Shown piece after piece: positions 23,684 to 30,757 of a stretch of DNA of 32,018 nt. This DNA is from Ruminococcus sp. CAG:382 (GTDB taxonomy: Bacteria > Bacillota > Clostridia > Oscillospirales > CAG-382). Position 1 is the stretch's first letter; every line of letters starts with the position of its first letter. A program made the position numbers and the translations under genes. The notes below the pieces were generated by a model. That model was not told the origin of the DNA and ran no database searches. It was given only the letters and a program-made list of their open reading frames with translations. The DNA is taken from positions 1-32,018 of the forward strand of contig FR892168.1 of the NCBI GenBank assembly GCA_000433115.1. Direction: 5' to 3'.

Positions 23684-24610
23684 TCAGCTGAGGAACCCTT
23701 GAATTATAACATCCTCTGCTTCTTTTTCCGTAAGTCCGAGAGTGCAGAGTTTTGTTATCTGCTCGCCGGCAATCTTACCGATTGCCGCCTCGTGTACAAG
23801 CGAAGCATCCTCATCGTGAGCGCAAAGCTCGGGTGCGGCATCCACCTTTCCGTGGTCGGCGATTATCGCATCGCATTCGGTATGTCCGGTACAGGGGGCG
23901 TCGCCGATTACGACCGAGCGGTATCTCTGATACGAATTGTCCTTTGCGACGGAACGGCTGACAAGATCGACTCCGGCGCCTTTTCCGTTCATCACAACGG
24001 AGAAATCGGTTTCTGCCTGTTGATCTTTTTCTGTCAGTATTCTTTCCCGTATGAAAAGACGCGCGCCTTCTCCGACTTCGCCTCCGGTTTTACGAACCGT
24101 GCGGTCGACGCCTCCGATCTGTGACGTGTCCATTTCGAGAACGGAATTCTTCCCGAGATGTACCTCAGTCACAGGGTCGATCGTACGTATGCCGATTCCC
24201 TTTCCCGTACCGACGTGCTTTTCAAGATATTTCACGTGCGATCCTTCTTCAAGGAAAAAGCGATGTATGCCGTTATGCCTTGCGGGTTCGCCGTTTTCGG
24301 TATGGACGCCGCACCCCGCCACAATCACGACATCGGCGTTTTTGCCGACATAGAAATCGTTGTAAACAAGGTCATCGACGTTACCGTGTGTGACACAGGC
24401 GGGTATGGAAACAGTTTCACCCTTTGTTCCCGGCGCAATACGTATGTCAAGACCCGGCTTGTCGGTTTTTGAATAGATTTTGATGTTATCACTGGACTGC
24501 CTGCCTGCACATGTGCTGTCAACACGTATGTTATACGCACCTTTGTACTCTCCGTTCCAGTCGGAAACTTTGCCAAGCAGGTCTTTTGTTATCTCATTTA
24601 TGTCATTCAT
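23684..24610 (-). CDS. sufD: SufB/SufD-family Fe-S cluster assembly protein
   Basis: Size and beta-helix-type repeats are typical of the family. C-terminus HEAAIGKIAGEQITKLCTLGLTEKEAEDVIIQGFL is typical of SufB/D. ATGA overlap with the sufC stop. RBS GGAGGAGG. Confidence 0.75.
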   Translation of the reverse strand: MNDINEITKDLLGKVSDWNGEYKGAYNIRVDSTCAGRQSSDNIKIYSKTDKPGLDIRIAPGTKGETVSIPACVTHGNVDDLVYNDFYVGKNADVVIVAGCGVHTENGEPARHNGIHRFFLEEGSHVKYLEKHVGTGKGIGIRTIDPVTEVHLGKNSVLEMDTSQIGGVDRTVRKTGGEVGEGARLFIRERILTEKDQQAETDFSVVMNGKGAGVDLVSRSVAKDNSYQRYRSVVIGDAPCTGHTECDAIIADHGKVDAAPELCAHDEDASLVHEAAIGKIAGEQITKLCTLGLTEKEAEDVIIQGFLS

Positions 24611-25335
24611 CTGAAAGCCTCCTCCTGCTTCACGCACGACGGATGCGCGTCACCGACAGACAGAATACCGCCGAGCATTGTTTCGGGATCGCCTTTCGCC
24701 TTGACCTTGCCGTCTGCGACAAGAACGATTTCATCGGCAATGCGAAGTATGCGTTCCTGATGCGAAATGATTATCAGCGTTCCCTTCAGGTTATTTCTCA
24801 TACGTTTAAACACATCGATGAGATTGCTGAAGCTCCAGAGGTCGATTCCGGCTTCCGGCTCGTCGAATATTGTAAGACGCGTATGCCTTGCAAGCACAGT
24901 CGCGATTTCAATACGCTTAATCTCACCACCCGAAAGAGTCGAATTGACCTCGCGGTCGATGTAATCACGGGCACAAAGTCCGACCTGGCTGAGTACGTCG
25001 CACATGTTGCTTTCCTTCATATTGCCGCCGGATGCAAGTTCGATGAGCTTTCGGACGGTTATACCCTTGAAGCGCACAGGCTGCTGAAAGGCAAAGCTGA
25101 TGCCGCGCTTTGCGCGTTCCGTCACGTCAAGCGACGTTATATCTTCGCCGTCAAGAAAAATCGAACCGGAATCCGGTTTTATGATACCTGCGATGATCTT
25201 CGCAAGCGTTGTTTTGCCGCCTCCGTTCGGTCCGGTTATGACGATCAGTCTGCCTTCCGAAACGTCCAGGTCGAGTCCGTCGATGATTCCGACGCCGTCA
25301 GGGGTCTTCCAATTTATATTTTCAAGTCTGAGCAT
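24607..25335 (-). CDS. sufC: SufC-type ABC ATPase (Fe-S assembly)
   Basis: Walker A GPNGGGKTT, LSGGEIKRIEI (SufC-like signature), Walker B LTIFDEPEAGID. There is no membrane domain. Confidence 0.8.
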   Translation of the reverse strand: MLRLENINWKTPDGVGIIDGLDLDVSEGRLIVITGPNGGGKTTLAKIIAGIIKPDSGSIFLDGEDITSLDVTERAKRGISFAFQQPVRFKGITVRKLIELASGGNMKESNMCDVLSQVGLCARDYIDREVNSTLSGGEIKRIEIATVLARHTRLTIFDEPEAGIDLWSFSNLIDVFKRMRNNLKGTLIIISHQERILRIADEIVLVADGKVKAKGDPETMLGGILSVGDAHPSCVKQEEAFR

Positions 25336-25350
25336 ATTATTTTCTCCGGT

Positions 25351-26136
25351 TTATTTTATAAGTCCGGCATGACGTGTGTCGGAATACTCCGATGTCGGCA
25401 AAAATGCTGCCGCAACCACCGTTTTGAAACGGTGCTGTAAAAACGGCAAAACCGACTTCACTGCTTCATGCGATGCAAGTGCTTCGGTCAGAACAATCCC
25501 TTTGTCCGGAAACATCGCCATCGCGCAGAACCGCGAATAGCCATATGCTATCCTAAGGACACGCCCGCCGTCACGACGGAATTTCAACAGCAAAAAGCGC
25601 ATGAAGCCGTCGTTGTACTCCGCCGTTTTCCCTTCGGCAGCATATTCGTGCCTTGCGGCGATGTAATCATCGTCGCCGATGTCCCTGACTATCATTTTTG
25701 TACCTTCGCGCGTCTGTTTACTCTCGCGTGTGGCGATATAATCATAAAACAATGCGGGTCTCATTCCGCGATGAGCAAAAAAACGCTCCGCGCTCTTTGC
25801 GTTCGTTTTCGCAATCAGTGCGCATTCATTTTCTGTGCACCACTGCATGATCGTTTCGATTGTCCGCGACATTATTCCCATGCCGCGATACTTGGCTTCT
25901 GTCGCGACGGCGTATACCGAAAATGTTTTTTTGCCGGAATAATATGCGGGTATAAGGCAAAGCGCCGCGCGCGGTTTTTTATAGTTCTCCGAGATAATAC
26001 AGTACGAATCGGGAAATGTCTGTTCGATAAAGCACTCGGATGTCTCTTCCGTCCAGCCGAATTCGGTGTGCCATAACGCCTTCAGAAAAGGCACGTCGTC
26101 TTCGGTACTTAATCGTAATTTCAATTGCAACGGCAT
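25351..26136 (-). CDS. GNAT-family N-acetyltransferase
   Basis: Acetyl-CoA binding motif VATEAKYRGMGIMSRTIE. The start codon is uncertain because no clear RBS is present. Confidence 0.65.
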   Translation of the reverse strand: MPLQLKLRLSTEDDVPFLKALWHTEFGWTEETSECFIEQTFPDSYCIISENYKKPRAALCLIPAYYSGKKTFSVYAVATEAKYRGMGIMSRTIETIMQWCTENECALIAKTNAKSAERFFAHRGMRPALFYDYIATRESKQTREGTKMIVRDIGDDDYIAARHEYAAEGKTAEYNDGFMRFLLLKFRRDGGRVLRIAYGYSRFCAMAMFPDKGIVLTEALASHEAVKSVLPFLQHRFKTVVAAAFLPTSEYSDTRHAGLIK

Positions 26137-26358
26137 TGCTGTGGGGGAAAAAGGACTGCGTTCATTAAGGCAATGATGCGTTGTTCGAGCGGTTTTTCCT
26201 TAAATCAGAATGAACGTTCCTTCCTGCAAACCTTCTTTCTCTCTTTTGAAAATGTTGCTGTCACTGCGACAGCACGTTAAAACCGAAAAAGCCCGGGCAG
26301 CATTTCTGCCGCCCAAGCCTTTTGTCAAGGAGACGGGGCAAACCCGTCGCCAACGGAA

Positions 26359-26733
26359 TCAGTCTTCTTTTTCTTCGACTGCGGCTTCGGCAGCGTTCTT
26401 TCTCACGCTTTCGATACCGTTAAGGCAGCTTGTCTTAGCTTTATAGCCCTCTGAAGCAAGGATCGGTTCACCGTTTCTCGCCTTGAGACGGAAGCGATAT
26501 TCTCCCGCTTTATCAAGATACATTTCAAATTTCGGATGCTTTGCTTCAACAACCGGTTCCGCTGTCTGGTCTTCAAACTCTGCAATCGGCGCATTTTTCT
26601 TTACGCTTTCAATTCCGTTCATACACGCCTTTTCGCTTGTGTAAATCTCGGAGGTTCCGATTACCTCACCATTGCCCGCCTTGAGGTCAAATTTTATACC
26701 TGTCGCGGTCTTTTTGACTAAAAATTTGCCCAT
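26359..26733 (-). CDS. yegP: YegP-family (UPF0339/DUF1508) protein, two tandem domains
   Basis: Repeats F.LKAGNGEVIGTSEIYTSEKACMNGIESVKKNA and FRLKARNGEPILASEGYKAKTSCLNGIESVRKNA. RBS AAAGGAG. Confidence 0.8.
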   Translation of the reverse strand: MGKFLVKKTATGIKFDLKAGNGEVIGTSEIYTSEKACMNGIESVKKNAPIAEFEDQTAEPVVEAKHPKFEMYLDKAGEYRFRLKARNGEPILASEGYKAKTSCLNGIESVRKNAAEAAVEEKED

Positions 26734-26879
26734 TATGATTGCTCCTTTTCATTCCGACCATGCTTTATAAGGCATTGTCGTTATTATCATGTACTTGATT
26801 TTATCACATTTGCTTCGTTTTTTCAAGTATAAAATGAGAATTTATAAGTAAGAAGAAGCGTGAATAACAGAGATTGTGC

Positions 26880-26908
26880 TTGACACGGAGGCGGATTTGT
26901 GATATAAT
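26880..26908 (+). promoter_or_regulatory. Consensus sigma-A promoter driving the riboswitch leader
   Basis: TTGACA (26880-26885), 17-nt spacer, TGa-TATAAT (hexamer 26903-26908). Confidence 0.8.
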
Positions 26909-26924
26909 CGCCACCGATGATGAG

Positions 26925-27065
26925 AATACGGTTTGAAAAGTTGTTAACTGAGTAGATGTAAAAGGAATCCGGTTTGAATCCGGAACAACCGCCATTACTG
27001 TATTTGAGCGCATTTTTCAATGCGCATGGGAATCCTCCCTCATAAGTCAGTATACCTACCGTATT
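26925..27065 (+). promoter_or_regulatory. Cobalamin (B12) riboswitch aptamer
   Basis: P1 aatacggt(26925-26932)/accgtatt(27058-27065). Core AAAAGGAAUCCGGUUUGAAUCCGGAACAACCGCCAUUACUGUA (compare AGGGAA..GGUG..AAUCC..CCGCCACUGUA). Hairpin gcgcat-ttttca-atgcgc then GGGAAUCC. B12 box AAGUCAGUAUACCUACC (compare rAGYCMGgAgaCCkGCc). Recognised from memory of RF00174, not from a covariance search. Confidence 0.75.
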
Positions 27066-27226
27066 TTTTGATTTGTTATGCTCAGGTGTGGAGCGTGCAG
27101 TCGTTTATCATGATAAATGATACCCGGCTTCGCGCTCTTTTTTTGCGCTCCGGGCAGGAGGTGACATTTTTCTTCCACAGCCCACGCACACATACCGCAA
27201 CACAAATATAAGAAAGGGTTCACATC

Positions 27227-27991
27227 ATGAAAAGAAAAACTCTGCTGGTTCTTGTCACAGCCATCTTATTGTCTGCCATAGCGGTTTTCGGCACCTCGGC
27301 GGCAGACGACCTTGAAAAGTACCTGAGCGACACTCAGCTCAGAATCGAAACCTATCCTCTGAACTACGCGCTTACACCCAATTCTGACGGAGAATATGAA
27401 ATACCCGTATATTCGCAGAATCTGCGCATATCTTCGGTACGCCTCAAGGCGCCGTCGAGCAGCAGCTACTCATCCGACTGGAGCATTGACTATAACAAAT
27501 GGGTCTCAAGATCCTACCAGCTTGCAAAAATCAACAAACGTCCCACTGTTGAAGAAGGCGACCGGCGTATTACCGTAAAACAGACCGTCACCGACAGTTC
27601 AAAGAGTGTCGTTGCCGTTAAGGAATATGTTCTGCTTATCAGACACGAACTCCCCAAGGTGAAGCTCACTGTCAAGGTTGTTGACGATGACGGCGATCCC
27701 GTTGAAAACGCCGACGTGTTTATCGGCACCAATGTCAAACGTCCAACAAAGCAGTATCCTGACAGCAACGGCGTTTATACCGTCATGGGCGGTTTTGAAA
27801 TAAAATTAATCCCCAAAAGACTATATTTATACCGTCAATGCAGCCGGCTTCGAGGAAGCCTCCGAAAAATTCACGATCAAAAAAGACACAGAGCTTACAA
27901 TCCGCCTGACTCAGAAAAAATACAAAGTGGGATTCAGTGTGATACGTGCCAACGGCTCTTCCACCGAATACGCAACTCTCAAGGTTTTTGA
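27227..27991 (+). CDS. Secreted dockerin protein, N-terminal fragment (authentic to ~27815, then out of frame)
   Basis: Signal peptide MKRKTLLVLVTAILLSAIAVFGTSAADD. CarboxypepD_reg/PEGA-like module VKVVDDDGDPVENADVFIGT. The sequence after ..GGFEIKLIPK becomes low-complexity nonsense. Confidence 0.7.
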   Translation: MKRKTLLVLVTAILLSAIAVFGTSAADDLEKYLSDTQLRIETYPLNYALTPNSDGEYEIPVYSQNLRISSVRLKAPSSSSYSSDWSIDYNKWVSRSYQLAKINKRPTVEEGDRRITVKQTVTDSSKSVVAVKEYVLLIRHELPKVKLTVKVVDDDGDPVENADVFIGTNVKRPTKQYPDSNGVYTVMGGFEIKLIPKRLYLYRQCSRLRGSLRKIHDQKRHRAYNPPDSEKIQSGIQCDTCQRLFHRIRNSQGF

Positions 27992-29786
27992 TTCCGAAAA
28001 CACACTCTGTAAGCCTCTTGCCGACGAATACGGCTACGACACATACAATTATCTTTTAAAGCCCGGAAAGTACTCTTATCAGGCTACCTACAACAGCGGA
28101 AGCGAATACGCAAACGGCAACTTTGAAGTGGCTTCGGATGATCTTTCACCCACCGTAAGACTTGCCGAACGTATTTATCCGATCACATTCGACGTTACTC
28201 CCGCCAACGCTAAAATATCACTTTACAAAAACGGCTACAGTGGCGCATACGGCGATCCGATACTGCCAAACGACAATGGCGTATATGAGATTAAGGCAGG
28301 TCAGTATCGCTACACAATTGAAGCGGACGGCTATGTCAAAGTCAGCAAAACCTTCAACGCAACAGATGCACAGCTTGCCAAAAACAACTATAAAATAACC
28401 GTCAGACTTCTTTCCGAAGCCGACCGGCTTCTCAAGGATGCCGACGATGCTCTGTTCGGCATGGCAGGCTTCGGATTCACCATGAATGAATTCACAGGCG
28501 ACCTCAGCGAACCCGGCGATGAAGCGTGGGACATAGATTCCGACTACGACGACGTTAACATCTGCAGATATATCGAAGAAATACTTGCAAAAAGAAATCC
28601 GAAATTCAAGGATATCAAAGTAAGCATTGTTTCCGTTAAAAGTGATTATGACTGGCGTTATAACGACGAATTCGCGGACTGCGACCAAATTGAAGACATG
28701 CCCGACTATTATACCGTGATCGCCAAAGACGGCACAATCAATTACAAGGCCGTTGACGAGGATAAAATCGACGAGGACTACGGCGGCGAAGTATGCTCCG
28801 TTTTCCTCAGACTGAGCTACGGTAACAGCGAACTTATCATAAACAATTCTTATGATTTCATCGTTCCCATGCATATTATGACACGTCAGGAGCGTCTCGA
28901 AAGCTTACTCAGTAAATTCGGCACTCTCAGAACCGTGAACGGCAACTACGATTTCTCTTTTGACTGGGATGAAAGCTACTTCTATTTTGTTATAGGCAAA
29001 TGGACATCCGACAACACCGATATCATCGGAAACGACGGCAAGATCACCCTACCCGAAAGAGATACCGTTGTCAGAGTCACCTTCACTGTGAGCTACAGCG
29101 AAGCACAGATAGAAGACGGCGGCTTCCTCCGGGATCCGGGTCCGCTCGGCGAAGGTAAAATGAGCGTGTCATACGATATATCCTTCAAAGGCATAGGTCA
29201 CGATTACAGCGGCGAATATGTCTGCATTTCAGAAGCGAACTGCATATACGGCGCTGTTATGGTCAAGTATTGCAGCCATTGCGGCGATATAGTTTCGCAG
29301 TATTCAACTCAGCCGAACGGTCACGACTTTACCGTTTGGAGCGAAGAGAACGGCTTCATGGTCTGCCGTTGCAATGTCTGCAGATACGAAAAGAGCATTC
29401 ACTGCAATGAATTCTTCGAAACACCGGATGACACCGCGATATCCGGCGGCTTCATCAAAATTGCGTTCGGCACAAACACGGATGCTCTCAAAAACGCCGT
29501 TGTTTATGACAAAAACGGCAAGCTCAGAACAGCACACATATGCACCGGCGACACCGTTGTATTTACCGTGAACGACGTTGAATATGCCTTCGCTGCTGCA
29601 GTAAGCGGTGATGTTAACGGCGACGGAAAAATTGACGCAAAAGACTATATCGCACTTCGCCGCGCCATACTCGGCATTACAACGCTTGACGATGCCGCAA
29701 AGCTTGCAGGCGACAGAAACGGCGACGGAAAAGTCAACAGCGCAGATTATATCGCAATCAGAAAAGCGCTTCTCAAAATCGCATAA
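27810..29786 (+). CDS. Secreted dockerin protein, main body (frame open from 27810; track start GTG 27927)
   Basis: Continues the repeat pattern (..DYIYTVNAAGFEEASEKFTI; GKYSYQATYNSGSEYANGNFEV; GQYRYTIEADGYVKVSKTFNAT). A Cys-rich module is followed by a C-terminal type I dockerin duplication: DVNGDGKIDAKDYIALRRAIL / DRNGDGKVNSADYIAIRKALL. Confidence 0.8.
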   Translation, partial: SPKDYIYTVNAAGFEEASEKFTIKKDTELTIRLTQKKYKVGFSVIRANGSSTEYATLKVFDSENTLCKPLADEYGYDTYNYLLKPGKYSYQATYNSGSEYANGNFEVASDDLSPTVRLAERIYPITFDVTPANAKISLYKNGYSGAYGDPILPNDNGVYEIKAGQYRYTIEADGYVKVSKTFNATDAQLAKNNYKITVRLLSEADRLLKDADDALFGMAGFGFTMNEFTGDLSEPGDEAWDIDSDYDDVNICRYIEEILAKRNPKFKDIKVSIVSVKSDYDWRYNDEFADCDQIEDMPDYYTVIAKDGTINYKAVDEDKIDEDYGGEVCSVFLRLSYGNSELIINNSYDFIVPMHIMTRQERLESLLSKFGTLRTVNGNYDFSFDWDESYFYFVIGKWTSDNTDIIGNDGKITLPERDTVVRVTFTVSYSEAQIEDGGFLRDPGPLGEGKMSVSYDISFKGIGHDYSGEYVCISEANCIYGAVMVKYCSHCGDIVSQYSTQPNGHDFTVWSEENGFMVCRCNVCRYEKSIHCNEFFETPDDTAISGGFIKIAFGTNTDALKNAVVYDKNGKLRTAHICTGDTVVFTVNDVEYAFAAAVSGDVNGDGKIDAKDYIALRRAILGITTLDDAAKLAGDRNGDGKVNSADYIAIRKALLKIA

Positions 29787-29835
29787 ACCAATGAATCATA
29801 CGTTTCCGAAGTACATTTCAGAAACGGCACATATC

Positions 29836-29869
29836 AAAAACTCCGGCTTGAACAAAGTCGGAGTTTTTT
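29836..29869 (+). terminator. Intrinsic terminator of the dockerin gene
   Basis: aaaaactccg...cggagtttttt: stem actccg/cggagt flanked by A5 and T6. Confidence 0.75.
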
Positions 29870-30231
29870 CGTGCTGCCGCAATAAGCACGTAAAAAACGA
29901 TGTTTTAATCGATGTATTTGTATTTATATTTTTATAAATATATTCGTTGTTTTAATCAATTACATTAAATACAAATTCGCATAACAATAAATCTCAGAAT
30001 ACGCCTTAATATTTAAAGAAACAGCCAAGAGACTCCCCCTCCCCACCCGGTCACTGTGAAAGATCGCTCCGCAGATCTTTTTCCCGTATTGTAATCCAAA
30101 CTCCGTCGCGGTTCGGATGCAAAGTTCCTTCTTCTGTATTGCTGTCCATTGCTACGGTGGCTATGACTTTGCGGAGTTCCGGTGAAGGTTTGAAAAACAC
30201 ACAGAAAAATAACACCGAGTGTTGTAAACTC

Positions 30232-30260
30232 TTGCGTTTTTCCGGGAAATGTGTTATCAT
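30232..30260 (+). promoter_or_regulatory. Candidate promoter of the sensor-like gene
   Basis: TTGCGT (30232-30237), 17-nt spacer, TGt-TATCAT (hexamer 30255-30260), giving a ~240-nt leader. Confidence 0.4.
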
Positions 30261-30502
30261 ACTACCGACTACCGACAGTCAGAGACGGCGGGTTCCGTTT
30301 CCGGGGGAGGGCCGGCGGTTTCCGTTTCCGGAGCAGTGCCCGACCTGAACGGAAATGACGGTTCGGGAATCCGTACGGTGCTGGCGGGTTGGTCCGAGCG
30401 TGCCGTTTGCGGAAACGCACGTCCGGAACGACCTGTCGGAAACACAAAAACAACGCCAAGGGGGAATCCCTTGTCTGCGACAGAAAGAGAGAGATTTTCC
30501 CC

Positions 30503-30757
30503 ATGAAACGGAACACAAGACAGCTGATTTCCCTGATCGTTGTTTTTGTCCTCATTGCCGCGGCTTATTCCTGCAGGATGCTTGCCAAATTCGACATCGG
30601 CGGGATTTATGTGAACTATATCCGCGCGGCGCTTTATTTACTTCTGTTTTCCCTTTGGGGTTATTCCCTTGACCGCCGCATTATACAGCCACAGACTCTG
30701 CACTGTCTGCGCCTGACGGCTGCCCTGATGCTTGTGTGGCTTGTTTTGCGCACTTGA
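30503..30757 (+). CDS. Multi-pass membrane sensor-like protein, N-terminal fragment before frameshift
   Basis: ATG 30503, MKRNTRQLISLIVVFVLIAAAY.. with 3 hydrophobic helices. It ends at TGA 30755-30757, within cacttgaaat. Confidence 0.6.
   Translation: MKRNTRQLISLIVVFVLIAAAYSCRMLAKFDIGGIYVNYIRAALYLLLFSLWGYSLDRRIIQPQTLHCLRLTAALMLVWLVLRT

Noticed and set aside
24511-25440. 309-aa plus-strand ORF, and 23699-24472 plus-strand ORFs
   Set aside because: They are antisense to sufC/sufBD, which have clear Walker and SufBD motifs. They are typical GC-skewed shadow frames.
25468-26076. 202-aa plus-strand ORF
   Set aside because: It is antisense to the GNAT gene, Arg/Cys-rich, and has no start context.
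27020-27211. 63-aa ORF in the riboswitch region
   Set aside because: It overlaps the aptamer 3' half and the expression platform, and has no RBS.
28218-28874. 218-aa minus-strand ORF
   Set aside because: It is antisense to the dockerin protein gene, and its sequence is hydrophobic and low-complexity.
30051-30260. 69-aa minus-strand ORF between the dockerin gene and the sensor leader
   Set aside because: There is no RBS, and the start overlaps the predicted plus-strand promoter. The internal Met (MDSNTEEG..) also lacks an RBS. It cannot be supported.
30261-30440. CRISPR-like array (repeated GTTTCCG-containing words)
   Set aside because: There are only two near-identical 18-nt copies, with irregular short motifs. 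There is no regular repeat-spacer periodicity and there are no cas genes.
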